Shown in pieces: positions 28,551-38,494 of a stretch of DNA of 64,000 bases (positions are counted from its first letter, which is position 1; the number at the start of each line of letters is the position of its first letter). The stretch is from an uncultured Spirochaetota bacterium (GTDB taxonomy: Bacteria > Spirochaetota > B62-G9 > DRHN01). The stretch spans positions 2,643 through 66,642 of the forward strand of contig CAYRKG010000020.1 of the NCBI GenBank assembly GCA_964424795.1, in the 5' to 3' direction. The position numbers were made by a program, and so were the translations under genes. The notes beneath the pieces were generated by a model. The model was not told the origin of the DNA and ran no database searches. It saw nothing but the letters and a program-made list of their open reading frames with translations.

Positions 28551-28650
28551 TTTAAGAGGCAAGGTGATTCAAGAGGCAAGGTGATTCAAGAGGCAAGACG
28601 CTTTAAGAGGCAAGGTGATTCAAGAGGCAAGACGCTTTAAGAGGCAAGGT
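28532..28650. repeat. Tandem repeat, 7 x 17 bp (GATTCAAGAGGCAAGGT and variants), spanning the sbcD-like stop to the sbcC-like start
   Basis: Units start at 28532, 28549, 28566, 28583, 28600, 28617 and 28634. Units 4+5 equal units 6+7, giving a 34-bp higher-order repeat. Each unit carries an AAGAGG SD-like core. Confidence 0.95.
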
Positions 28651-31063
28651 GATGGTGATAATAAATCTCTTACTAAAACCTTTTGGTGCTTTAAAAAATA
28701 CAGAACTTAATTTCAAACATGGACTTAACATTATCCTCGGCTCAAATGAAGCAGGAAAAACAACGATCTTTCATGCAATTCAGAATGTACTCTTTACCGG
28801 TGTAAACCTCACTCAAACGAAGTTTCAAGCAAAGATAAAGCGCTTTGTTCCCATTGGAGGCGGAGATACAATTCATGTAGAAATAGGGCTCCTTGATCAG
28901 GATGATACATATCTACTCTGGCGGACATGGGGAGCAAAAAAGGCTCAGGAATTAACACTGCCAGATGGTTCTGTTATCTCCGATGAGAATAGAATCTCGG
29001 AAAAATTAGAGTCACTGCTTCATGCAAAGGAGGGCACTTATCGATCAATTTTAATGTCCTATCAACAGGGCCTTTCAAGAACATTGGAAGAGCTAAAGAG
29101 TAATTATAAGGAAACCGTTCAATCATTAGGTGATATTCTTCGTAAATCGATATTGGAGACCGATGGCGTTTCCATCGACCGCTTCAAAGAAATGATAGAG
29201 CAAAGGTATGAGGAATATGCAAACCACTGGGATTTTAGCAATAACTATCCTGTGAAAGGGAAACGTTATAAAAAACAGGTTGGGAAAATTCTGGATGCCT
29301 TTTACAAAAAAGAAGATATCAGATCTAAATACAGAGATGCTCTTGATTATGAAGAAGAGCTGGATCAATTAAATAAAGATATCTCGAAGCTTACTATTGA
29401 GATTGATGAAAATAAAAGATATATCGAACAGAATAGGGAAATCGTTGATGCAGCTCGAGAGAGAAAATCATTGGACAAAGATATAGAACTTCTTGATAGA
29501 GATATCCGTGAATTAAAGGAGGCCAACATAAATTGGCCCATCTATGAGAATACCATAAAGGAGCTAAAAAAATCCATTCCTGTTTTAGAAAAAAAAGAAA
29601 ATGAGCTCAAAGATGAAAAGGTTGAAGCCGAGATTGAAGAGAAAAACAAAAAGTTAAGGGAAAGGCATAAAGAGGTATCAAATAAAAAACTAGCACTCGA
29701 TGAGGCTCAGATTAAACTAAATAAAATAAGAAGGTTAACCAGAGATGAACTGGAAATCATACAAAAATCCTGTGAAAAGTTGAACACTTTAAAAACAAGA
29801 TTGGAAGCAGGGAAACTAGGACTGGAATTGATGGCAAAAAGAGATCTCTCATTCCTGATTCAGAAGGATTCAGAAACTGAATTGAAAGAGGAAGTAAAAA
29901 GGGATAAATCATTAAAAATAGAAGCTGGAGCGAGAATAAAGCTTGAAAACCAGGATCTTATTATGGAAATACTATCTGGAAGGGGTGATATTAATGAAAT
30001 AATTATAAATTTCGAGGAGACTGAAAGAGAGGTTCAGGCCCTCTTCACAAAATATGGAATAGATTCATATGAAAAAGCAAAAGAGATAAACAGGGCCTAC
30101 GAAAAGGAATTACAGAATGTGCAAACCTTAAAAAAGAGCTTTGATGATGAACTTGGAGATGATAACCTTGAAGAGCTTGTATCGAAAGCAAATGAGATAG
30201 GACCTGAAAAGAAAACAAGGCCCCTTTCAGATATCTTAAAAGATCTTGCAAATATCGATGCTGAAATAAATAGCTTAAAAGAAAAACAATCCAGTCTGCA
30301 AGAATCCATTAAGAGCTTTGAATCCTCCTATAAAAGTCACGATGAGCTTTTGAAAAGACTAACCTATTCTATTGAGCAAAAGAATAAAGTTACAGAAAAA
30401 CTAAAAAGCCTCCCCCGGCTTCCAGAAGGTATTGAAGACGCAGATACCTTTATTTCGCAATATGAAGGCATTAAAAAAGAGCTCGATGAATTAAAAGATA
30501 AAGAAAAATACCTCCTACTTAAACGTGCCCGTGTTGAGAGTGAGGCCCCGGCTCTCTCTTCTGAGGAGTATGAAAAAGAGCTTCAGGACTCTGAAGAGAG
30601 GTTTAACAGTGTTTTACAGAGGGGAGAGGCAATTTCAAGAATAAGGGATCTAAGCCACCGAATAATGAAAGAGCTAGATTCAGGTACCTATAAGGGGATA
30701 GAGAAAAAATTAGAAAACTATATTGCCATAATTACAAATAAAAGATATGAGCATGTTATGATGGAAGAAAGCCTTCCTCAGGGCTTTATTAGGGACGACG
30801 GAAAAACAGTTCCTTATGAGTTACTCTCAACAGGAACAAGGGATGTTCTTGCTTTGGCATTGCGGCTATCCATGGCCGAATATTTCTTAGAGGGTACCGA
30901 TGGCTTCCTGATGATGGATGATCCCCTGGTAAACCTTGATCCAGATCGACAGAAAAAGGCAGCAGAAGTAATAAGAGATTTTTCTAAAAGGAAACAGCTC
31001 TTACTCTTTACCTGCCAGCCATCACATGCTGAGATATTGGGTGATGCTGTAATCAACGTTTAG
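28649..31063 (+). CDS. SbcC/Rad50-like AAA ATPase (YhaN-type) with a long coiled coil
   Basis: Walker A GSNEAGKTT, a coiled-coil region of about 550 aa, signature LSTGTRDVLALALRL and Walker B GFLMMDDP at the C-terminus. Start is the GTG at 28649 or the ATG at 28652. Confidence 0.8.
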   Translation: MMVIINLLLKPFGALKNTELNFKHGLNIILGSNEAGKTTIFHAIQNVLFTGVNLTQTKFQAKIKRFVPIGGGDTIHVEIGLLDQDDTYLLWRTWGAKKAQELTLPDGSVISDENRISEKLESLLHAKEGTYRSILMSYQQGLSRTLEELKSNYKETVQSLGDILRKSILETDGVSIDRFKEMIEQRYEEYANHWDFSNNYPVKGKRYKKQVGKILDAFYKKEDIRSKYRDALDYEEELDQLNKDISKLTIEIDENKRYIEQNREIVDAARERKSLDKDIELLDRDIRELKEANINWPIYENTIKELKKSIPVLEKKENELKDEKVEAEIEEKNKKLRERHKEVSNKKLALDEAQIKLNKIRRLTRDELEIIQKSCEKLNTLKTRLEAGKLGLELMAKRDLSFLIQKDSETELKEEVKRDKSLKIEAGARIKLENQDLIMEILSGRGDINEIIINFEETEREVQALFTKYGIDSYEKAKEINRAYEKELQNVQTLKKSFDDELGDDNLEELVSKANEIGPEKKTRPLSDILKDLANIDAEINSLKEKQSSLQESIKSFESSYKSHDELLKRLTYSIEQKNKVTEKLKSLPRLPEGIEDADTFISQYEGIKKELDELKDKEKYLLLKRARVESEAPALSSEEYEKELQDSEERFNSVLQRGEAISRIRDLSHRIMKELDSGTYKGIEKKLENYIAIITNKRYEHVMMEESLPQGFIRDDGKTVPYELLSTGTRDVLALALRLSMAEYFLEGTDGFLMMDDPLVNLDPDRQKKAAEVIRDFSKRKQLLLFTCQPSHAEILGDAVINV

Positions 31064-31088
31064 ATAATAATCATCGAAGCGTCCTATA

Positions 31089-31778
31089 CTATTTCTTCCT
31101 GCTGACTCTATATTTCTCAGCCATCTCTGGATCATAACTAGCCCTTCTTTTAATGCATCTTTCCCTGGTACAGAGCATACAGCTCTTAAAATCAATCTCT
31201 GTGGGAAAAAATATTCCTGAGACAGATTTTACTGGATCCATCATAAAACTTTTCGTTAGTTTAACTCCGATTAGCTCTTCTACATCTCCAAATATTGAAA
31301 ACAGATGTCTCTGCTCCGATACCGGCCAATTATTCAAAGATCCAGGGCTCATATGTGACATTTTCCCCAGAGCATATATATCTTTTAAATATTTTTCAAA
31401 ATATCGTATAGCTCTTTCCAGGATCATCTCCTTTATTTTATCAAGGCAGAAAATCCTCATAATATCCTCTTTTGATATCTCTATCTCCTCAAGCTCCCTG
31501 CCAGCAGTTACAACATAAGGAAAAACTCTCTCAGCATTCTCCAAATTCATTCTCAGAATCCTGCTCGTAAATCTTATTCCGTCAATATCTACTGAATCTT
31601 CATCCTTTCCATTGATATAAGAAACCTTATATAAGGCTTTAGGCTTAGCAATTGGTTTGGTGGCTTCAAGCAGCTCATAGGCTGTTTTCTCTATAGATGG
31701 ATTCTTCTGCCTGAAGCGTAACTCTTTCACCACATCTTCAGAATTTATAGTGAATGGTATATTATTTAAAATTTCCAT
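31089..31778 (-). CDS. Stand-alone methionine synthase (MetH) activation-domain-like protein
   Basis: SPGSLNNWPVSEQRHLFSIFGDVEELIGVKLTKSFMMDPVKSVSGIFF parallels the MetH block PGYPACPEHTEK...TGMKLTESFAMWPGASVSGWYF. Confidence 0.65.
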   Translation of the reverse strand: MEILNNIPFTINSEDVVKELRFRQKNPSIEKTAYELLEATKPIAKPKALYKVSYINGKDEDSVDIDGIRFTSRILRMNLENAERVFPYVVTAGRELEEIEISKEDIMRIFCLDKIKEMILERAIRYFEKYLKDIYALGKMSHMSPGSLNNWPVSEQRHLFSIFGDVEELIGVKLTKSFMMDPVKSVSGIFFPTEIDFKSCMLCTRERCIKRRASYDPEMAEKYRVSRKK

Positions 31779-31847
31779 TTCTATATAACTATCCTCACAA
31801 TTTCACTGGCACTTTGTGCGACCTAAGGTATTCCTTTACCTCATGTA

Positions 31848-31995
31848 TGGTAAAGATTCCGATCCACGCCTCTATCTGAGTAGGCCTCAGCCACTTCTAC
31901 GGGGTCAGCTGCATCTCGCAGATTGACAAAGTGTATGCCCTTAACCACCCTTCCCTCTTTTATATCAAGACATGGAATGGTCTAACAATATCCAT
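31848..31995 (-). pseudogene. hisF: hisF (imidazole glycerol phosphate synthase cyclase) N-terminal fragment
   Basis: The minus strand reads [39 protein letters not shown], then goes out of frame and stops. Only about 45 of the roughly 250 codons are present, and no other his genes lie nearby. Confidence 0.6.
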
Positions 31996-32210
31996 CTCAT
32001 ATCTCCCGGTCCTAATAACATATTCTGGATTCCTGTGAAGGTTTTTTCATTTTCCAAAAAGGCCATATCAGCTGAATATTACCTCAAGTTCAGAAAATGT
32101 CAAGAACAGGTGTTCTAAAGAACAGCTGTTATTACATATCTAACAGAAGCTGCTATTTATCTTCAATGTATCTGTAGAAGAGTCTTGGCCTCCTCTTTAT
32201 TTTTTAAAAA

Positions 32211-33725
32211 TTATTTAATATCTGTATAAATGTTATAAGTTTTCATTCTCAGGTTTTCTGATCTGTCCTTATTGATATTATAGGTTTTCAGTATTCGTTT
32301 TGTGCTCTTGTTCGCCATTTTCCTGTCCAGTATTATCTGTTTTTCAGTATCGGTTATTATGATATGATAGGCCTTTCTATTGGATTCAATAGCATTGACA
32401 AGATCATCCATACTTCCAATCTTTTTGCCATTCACATATGCAACGATTTCATGGTACAGATCTTCATAACCTATGTTTATTTCATCAGAAAGTACATCAA
32501 CAATGACAACAACCTCTTTCTGTACATCCGTAGGTTGCCCATAATAAGCTACATATAAAAAGTTTAGAGGAGCTTCACTCCACCATGGTGTTTCACTCCA
32601 CCAGTCATCTCCAAACTCCTTTATAAGGTTCTCTGTGAGAGGAGAAAAGATAAAGCCTCCATAGATATAATACACTGGCTCAACACCATACTGTTCAAAT
32701 GGTACTAAACGATACGATGCAGATGGAATACTAAGTTTTACAGTAAGATTATATATCTTTCCTCCTCTCAATATCTGAACTGAAACAGTATCACCAATGT
32801 ATTTATTCTGTATTGTATAGGTGTACGATGTCCTCTCACCTTCCCTGAAGCTGATGGTGCCGTCATTGGCAATATCAGTACCATCAATGGAAATAATTAC
32901 ATCACCAGGTTTTAGAATATTCTTACATGGCGATAAGGGGTAAACCTTTCTTACAAGGATCCCTGTTTGCTCGCTCTCCATTCCAAAGAATTCCCTCATC
33001 TGAGGATTTTCCATGGACTGGATGGAGATCGCAAGATCAGGAATACCGTCATACGAACCATCCTCGATATCCTCAAGAAAATGTTGTATGACAGGAACAG
33101 GCACCATAAATCCCTCGTTTTCACCTCCCCAGGATGTCATCATCGCTATACCGACAATCTTTCCACCAGCAATAACCGGTCCGCCACTGTTTCCTGGATT
33201 GATGGCAGCATCTATCTGGCAGGTAAGTAAATTGATATGGCTGTGGCGGTAGTTATCATGATCCACCCGGGATACAATACCTTTTGTAATTGTAAGCTGT
33301 TCAGCATGGCTAGGATATCCATATACAGAAACCTCATCAGTAACCATCGGCAGCCTCCCGATTTCAAGGGGGGGTACTTCAGGATAGAATTTGCGATCCC
33401 TTACCTCAAGGACAGCAAGGTCACATTCATGACCGATAAAGCGAACTTTTGCAACGTACTTTTTTGTTTGCCCTGAGCGCTTTACAGCTATAAAGGTGTG
33501 ATTGCTCACAACATGGGCATTTGTAAGGATAAGATTATCTTTGATAATACACCCCGAGCCTTCGGAAGTCTCATGCCCCTTCATCTGCCATGGATCATAA
33601 TAGTTATGTTCATTGTAAGTGGTATATATCTTGACAATATTCTCATTTAACTGATCTTTCCCAAAGCTAAAGGAACAGTTAGCAAGAAGAATGAAAAGCC
33701 AGATCCAGCTTCTTAATCTCTTCAT
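32211..33725 (-). CDS. Secreted trypsin-like serine protease with PDZ-like domains (S1C/Deg family)
   Basis: Signal peptide and the catalytic triad contexts LTNAHVV, ECDLAVLEV and GNSGGPV. The C-terminal region of about 250 aa is PDZ-like. Confidence 0.8.
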   Translation of the reverse strand: MKRLRSWIWLFILLANCSFSFGKDQLNENIVKIYTTYNEHNYYDPWQMKGHETSEGSGCIIKDNLILTNAHVVSNHTFIAVKRSGQTKKYVAKVRFIGHECDLAVLEVRDRKFYPEVPPLEIGRLPMVTDEVSVYGYPSHAEQLTITKGIVSRVDHDNYRHSHINLLTCQIDAAINPGNSGGPVIAGGKIVGIAMMTSWGGENEGFMVPVPVIQHFLEDIEDGSYDGIPDLAISIQSMENPQMREFFGMESEQTGILVRKVYPLSPCKNILKPGDVIISIDGTDIANDGTISFREGERTSYTYTIQNKYIGDTVSVQILRGGKIYNLTVKLSIPSASYRLVPFEQYGVEPVYYIYGGFIFSPLTENLIKEFGDDWWSETPWWSEAPLNFLYVAYYGQPTDVQKEVVVIVDVLSDEINIGYEDLYHEIVAYVNGKKIGSMDDLVNAIESNRKAYHIIITDTEKQIILDRKMANKSTKRILKTYNINKDRSENLRMKTYNIYTDIK

Positions 33726-33970
33726 ATTCCAAACCCTCCAAGTTTCATTAGACTGTGCGTAATCCCTTATTTTAATATACAGTATATTCAGCTAAAAAAC
33801 AAAAGATCGAAACGTTGATAAAGTTCACAATAATTAGTTTGTATCATTTTGTTTAAAACTTGACATTCAACGTCTATAAATTAACATCTATAGAGCGCGA
33901 AAATATCATAATTTCTATCTTATTATTACTAAAATGATGGTATAATTTTTAAAACTGAACGGAGTAAAAT

Positions 33971-34990
33971 ATGAAAGTATCGGTATTAGGGGCTGGCCCT
34001 GCAGGTAGTACAGCAGCCTACTATTTAGCAAAAGCAGGAATTGAAGTTGAATTAATAGATAAAGTAGAGTTCCCGCGGGATAAGCCCTGCGCTGGTGGGC
34101 TTTTCAATCCTATATTATTTTATAAGGAGTTTCCACATGTAAAAGATATAGATGGAAAATATATCTATAGAGCAAAATACTGGTGTGAAAGATATTCTTA
34201 TGAATATAGATCTCAGGATCCCTTGATGAAGAGCTGTTTCAGAAAAGATTTTGATTATTTTCTTTTAAAAAAGGCTTTGAAAGTGGGTGCAAACTTCACT
34301 GTTCATAAAAGTCCTGACCCTGATGGAGATATTGTGATAAATGCAACAGGGGCTAGAAGAATAAAAGACTATCCTGAGGCTGGAATATGCCTGGTGAATG
34401 ATTTTAAAGTAGATGAAGAGATCGATACTGTACATATACACTACGGTTTTCATGGAATCAAAGGGTATGCGTGGTTGTATCCTAAAGAAGGTTATGCAAA
34501 TATCGGTATTGGTGCTTATCTTCCACAAAAGAATATCAAAAAAATATATTATAGCTACATCGATTTTCTTGAAGAAAAGAATGTAGCTCATGTTATTAGA
34601 GAATCATACAATGCAGGTATCAATCCTTTTTCTCCCATAAAAAAATTTTATACGGCAAATTCATTGACAGCGGGAGATGCTGCCGGTTTTGTAAGGCCTG
34701 GAACAGGAGAAGGGATCTACTTCGCAATGCTCTCAGGAAAGATTGCAGCAATGACAATTATTGAAAAGAGAGAATTCTCATGGTATGAAGAGCAGTGTAG
34801 AAAGGAGTTTGGTATATATCTAAAATCAGCATTGTGTGGATTGAGCAGGCCTCTGATTAATAAAATAATGCAAAAAACAGTGAAAATTGCTTCTAAGGAT
34901 GAAACATTCAAAAAGATGCATGTCCAGGATTTCTTCAGATTGAGATACTACAGACTTGGCCCAAGATTTTTCAGAAATATCTTTAAGTAG
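33971..34990 (+). CDS. FAD-dependent oxidoreductase, geranylgeranyl reductase family
   Basis: VLGAGPAGSTAAYYLAKAGIEVELIDK dinucleotide-binding motif, PCAGGL and GDAAGFVRPGTGEGI blocks. Confidence 0.75.
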   Translation: MKVSVLGAGPAGSTAAYYLAKAGIEVELIDKVEFPRDKPCAGGLFNPILFYKEFPHVKDIDGKYIYRAKYWCERYSYEYRSQDPLMKSCFRKDFDYFLLKKALKVGANFTVHKSPDPDGDIVINATGARRIKDYPEAGICLVNDFKVDEEIDTVHIHYGFHGIKGYAWLYPKEGYANIGIGAYLPQKNIKKIYYSYIDFLEEKNVAHVIRESYNAGINPFSPIKKFYTANSLTAGDAAGFVRPGTGEGIYFAMLSGKIAAMTIIEKREFSWYEEQCRKEFGIYLKSALCGLSRPLINKIMQKTVKIASKDETFKKMHVQDFFRLRYYRLGPRFFRNIFK

Positions 34991-35173
34991 TTAATTATAA
35001 AGAGGGGCTTATCATGATAATGATCGATTTACGGAGGGATACCATCACTCTTCACTAATCTAAAATAAAGGATATCCTTTATATCATCAGGGCTGTGAAA
35101 GAGATTCTCTAAGCTTCAATGTAGAAACATCTCCATTTTTCAAACTTATATATTAATAATAGATGGAGGAAAT

Positions 35174-35872
35174 GTGATCAAAGCAGGATTTTCTGGTTTC
35201 ACAAAAGAGGGAGTTTCCTTTCTAAGAGAATTAAAGAGAAATAACAACAAAGAGTGGTTCAGTACGCACAAAGGGCTCTATGAAAACAAACTCCTTGCAC
35301 CAGCAAGAGCTTTTGTCACTGCCATGGGGGAAAGATTAAAAGAGTATGCTCCTGAAGTTAATGCAGATCCAAGACGGGACCGATCGATCTTCCGAATTTA
35401 CCGGGATACCCGATTCAGCAAGGATAAACAGCCATATAAAACCCACCTCGGGATATTTTTCTGGGAAGGACCTCTGAAGAAGATGGAATGTTCCGGATTC
35501 TACTTCCATCTCGAGCCTCCCTTTTTAAATCTATATACCGGACTATACATATTCTCACCTCCTGTTCTCAGGGAGTACAGAGAAGCAGTTTCTGATCCTG
35601 AACTGGGAAAAGAGCTTGAAGATTCCATCAAAAAGATGATTACACACGGTCCGTATATATTTGGAGGGGAGCACTATAAAAGGGTTCCCAGGGGTTACGA
35701 TCCTCATCATCCGCGTGCTGAACTTTTGCGATACAACGGCCTGTATGCAGGGATCGAAGGGGATATTCCAAATGCCCTCTTTTCTGATGAACTTATAGAT
35801 TTCTGCTCCCATCGTTTCCAGAATATGCTTCCTCTACATCAATGGCTTGTAAAATTAACAAAGAGGATCTGA
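35174..35872 (+). CDS. DUF2461 (TIGR02453) family protein
   Basis: FLRELKRNNNKEWFSTHKGLYE... and SIFRIYRDTRFSKDKQPYKTHLGIFF are conserved family blocks. GTG start. Confidence 0.75.
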   Translation: MIKAGFSGFTKEGVSFLRELKRNNNKEWFSTHKGLYENKLLAPARAFVTAMGERLKEYAPEVNADPRRDRSIFRIYRDTRFSKDKQPYKTHLGIFFWEGPLKKMECSGFYFHLEPPFLNLYTGLYIFSPPVLREYREAVSDPELGKELEDSIKKMITHGPYIFGGEHYKRVPRGYDPHHPRAELLRYNGLYAGIEGDIPNALFSDELIDFCSHRFQNMLPLHQWLVKLTKRI

Positions 35873-35950
35873 GAGATTAAATAGATCGAATTTGGATTTT
35901 AGAAAAGTAGATAATAAAAGGTTAACATACAGAAAAAATAATGGAGTGTT

Positions 35951-35982
35951 GACAACCTTTGGTTATACAACCAAAGGTTGTC
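35951..35982. repeat. Perfect 14-bp inverted repeat (hairpin) between convergent genes
   Basis: GACAACCTTTGGTT-atac-AACCAAAGGTTGTC. There is no flanking T-run, so a terminator function is uncertain. Confidence 0.5.
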
Positions 35983-36049
35983 GGGAACTTCCGTTTATAA
36001 ATCATTATAAACTATTAACAATTAAGGAAATATTTTGATTAAGTTTGTT

Positions 36050-36098
36050 AAATTTAAAAACTCGAAGTTCACCTTAAATAGATACAATTTCGAGTTTT
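36050..36098 (-). terminator. Candidate Rho-independent terminator of the ARH/URO-D3 operon
   Basis: AAAACTCGAA (36057-36066) pairs with TTCGAGTTTT (36089-36098). On the minus strand it is followed by TTTTTAAATT. The loop is long (22 nt). Confidence 0.4.
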
Positions 36099-36123
36099 AA
36101 AAAGGAACGTACCCTGATTGCTT

Positions 36124-37182
36124 TTATCCAAGGGCATCGATCATGGTAAGAATATTTGCAACAGGTACATCTGGCGGCATGTCGTGGGATGGAGAAATAA
36201 TATAACCTCCATAAGTGCGGGCAAGCTCAAGCCTGTTTTCAACCTCCTTACGTACATCCTCTGTTGTTCCAAAAGGGAGTGTTTTCTGAATGCTTAAACC
36301 ACCATAAAATGCCAGGTGGTGAGAGTATCTCTGTATTATTTTCTCAATATCCATAACCTCTGGCTGAAAGGGGTTAAAGACATTCACTCCGATCTCAATA
36401 AGGTCATCCAGAACCAGGGAAATATCTCCACATGTATGGATAAAAACATCGTATCCCCGGCTATGAGCCTGGGCATACATCCTTTTCAGATAGGGTTTGA
36501 TGAATTTTCTCCATGTGTCCGGGCTCATTAGGAGGCCCCGCTGGCTTCCCCAGTCATCACCAAATAGGATACCATCAACCTGATAGTGATCCATAGCTTT
36601 AATAATCGCAATGTTAAAATCTGTAATCATTGTAAAAAGATCATGTACAAAACCTGGATTTACAATGAAATCCATCATCAAGTTTTCCATTCCCCGCAGA
36701 GACCATGCCCTTTCAAACAGACAATAGCTAAATTTCGCCATTATATAACGCTGCTGGTTTGCCTCTATAAGGGGTTGAAAATGAGCGAATCTCTCTTCAT
36801 CCAGAGGATCAGGAACGGTCAACATTTTCATATTCATGTCTTCCAGTAAGCAGTTTACAGGAGCTCCTATATCCTTATCGATTCTTCTGTCCCACAGTAC
36901 ATTCCACTCATCCTTCCATATGCCAGGCTGCACCTCTTTAACACTGTTTACTGCTCTGTTCCGTATAAAGGTAATATGGTTGCCAAGAAAATTATCGAGA
37001 TTATTATAAGCATAGATATTTTTCCCTAAAACGGAATAAACCTCTTCTTCTATCTTTAGGGCCTTCATGATCTTTTTCCCCAATTCACTGGTATAGCCTA
37101 TCTGCCACGGTATTTTATCAGTATTATTAAAGTTAATACAATCTTTTATCCTCTGTTTTTCGTTAATTTCTTGTTTGCTCAT
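36124..37182 (-). CDS. Uroporphyrinogen decarboxylase (URO-D) family protein, paralogue 3
   Basis: DKIPWQIGYT, FGDDWGSQRGLLMSPDTWRKFIKP and a C-terminal GGYIISPSHDMPPDVPVANILTMIDA. Its start lies 15 nt after the upstream ARH gene. Confidence 0.8.
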   Translation of the reverse strand: MSKQEINEKQRIKDCINFNNTDKIPWQIGYTSELGKKIMKALKIEEEVYSVLGKNIYAYNNLDNFLGNHITFIRNRAVNSVKEVQPGIWKDEWNVLWDRRIDKDIGAPVNCLLEDMNMKMLTVPDPLDEERFAHFQPLIEANQQRYIMAKFSYCLFERAWSLRGMENLMMDFIVNPGFVHDLFTMITDFNIAIIKAMDHYQVDGILFGDDWGSQRGLLMSPDTWRKFIKPYLKRMYAQAHSRGYDVFIHTCGDISLVLDDLIEIGVNVFNPFQPEVMDIEKIIQRYSHHLAFYGGLSIQKTLPFGTTEDVRKEVENRLELARTYGGYIISPSHDMPPDVPVANILTMIDALG

Positions 37183-37197
37183 AATGACCTCACTCCT

Positions 37198-38133
37198 TTA
37201 AATTTGCTCATTGAGTCTTTCAGCCAGTAGGATAATTTCATCTTTCCTCGCAATACTCTCCACCCATCTCTCTGGAATATTACTAAAGCCATAGTATATA
37301 CCTGCTAATCCTCCTGTAACAGCACCTGTTGTATCCGTATCTCCACCGAGGTTTACAGCTTTCAGTACAGCGTTTTCATATGAATCGCACTTGAGAAAGC
37401 AAAAGAGGCTTGCTTCTAATGTATCCACAACATAGCCACTTGAATAAATTTCCTCCTCACTGAAAATGGATATATCATCCACTAAAATCCTCGAAAAATG
37501 CCTCATTTCATTTCTGTACGGATTAAACCGGTAATAATTCAAGATTGTTTCCTTCATTTTAGAATAAGAGGCTTTCGGATCATAACCCTTTAAGAGATAC
37601 AGTGCAAACTGTATATATATACCACAGGCTATATGTGACCTTGGATGGGCGTGAGTTATGGATGAAACCCTGTGAATTTTGTCGAATCTTTCAGCAGTAT
37701 TATAATTCTCCAGATAAAATGCAAGCGGAAGTATCCTCATGAGGGAACCGTTACCATTACTGTATTCATCCTTTCCACCTGCCTCTTCGGGCTTTGTTCC
37801 AGATCTTATGCGTTCTATTGCCCGTGCTGTTGTATACCCTATTCCAAAAGCCTTCTCTTTTGGAGTCCAGTAGCCCTCAAAAAGCCACCTCAAGAACCTG
37901 TTTGCAATATCCTGAATATTAAATCCAGTACTCAGGGACTCTGCAAGACAGATGGAAAGCGAGCTGTCATCAGACCACCAACCAGCAGTGATATCCCTAT
38001 AACCTTCCTTATAACCCATATCTTTTACAGGCACTCTCCGTAAAACCTCTCTGGGAACACCCTCAACCGGAAGACCAAGCGCATCACCCACACACAATCC
38101 GAATAATCCATCGAGAACCCTATTCTCTTTCAT
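37198..38133 (-). CDS. ADP-ribosylglycohydrolase family protein
   Basis: GLCVGDALGLPVEG and NLGGDTDTTGAVTGGLAGIYYG are the hallmark metal-binding motifs. Confidence 0.85.
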   Translation of the reverse strand: MKENRVLDGLFGLCVGDALGLPVEGVPREVLRRVPVKDMGYKEGYRDITAGWWSDDSSLSICLAESLSTGFNIQDIANRFLRWLFEGYWTPKEKAFGIGYTTARAIERIRSGTKPEEAGGKDEYSNGNGSLMRILPLAFYLENYNTAERFDKIHRVSSITHAHPRSHIACGIYIQFALYLLKGYDPKASYSKMKETILNYYRFNPYRNEMRHFSRILVDDISIFSEEEIYSSGYVVDTLEASLFCFLKCDSYENAVLKAVNLGGDTDTTGAVTGGLAGIYYGFSNIPERWVESIARKDEIILLAERLNEQI

Positions 38134-38426
38134 GACTCTTCCACATGCTAAAGGAAACTTTTTTTAATACAAACAATGTATACCCCTAAAGGGTTGTTGA
38201 AGCATTTAGCTTCAACCTTAGCTAAAGCAAATTGAGACAGTAGTTACCAATTTGAGGCATAGTTTACACAGGGTTATTATCTATTTTATATTCTTTATGA
38301 AAAGATAATATAAATAACAGTATAAACAAAATGCTTATCTACAATAAACCATATTTGCTCACTTTTCTTATTAACAGATGTGTTCAAGGTATCAATGGGT
38401 TACTACAACTGGAATTTCTTTAATCT

Positions 38427-38455
38427 TGACATAGATTTATTATTGTATTAATTTC
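38427..38455 (+). promoter_or_regulatory. Candidate sigma70-type promoter for the Mo-oxidoreductase-like gene
   Basis: TTGACA (38427-38432), a 17-nt spacer, then TAATTT (38450-38455), about 40 nt upstream of the ATG. The AT-rich context makes chance matches likely. Confidence 0.25.
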
Positions 38456-38494
38456 AATATTGAATTGATATTAATTAAATATAAGGATAACAAC

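Noticed and set aside
28532-28650. The tandem repeat as a CRISPR array.
   Set aside because: The 17-bp units are directly abutting with no spacers, and there are no cas genes in the window.
27432-31063. The metallophosphoesterase plus SMC-like ATPase pair as a novel defence system (Lamassu-, Wadjet- or Gabija-like).
   Set aside because: The motifs and sizes fit the widespread SbcCD / YhaO-YhaN repair nuclease pair. No third component or other defence genes lie nearby. Only the junction repeat is unusual, and it is reported separately.
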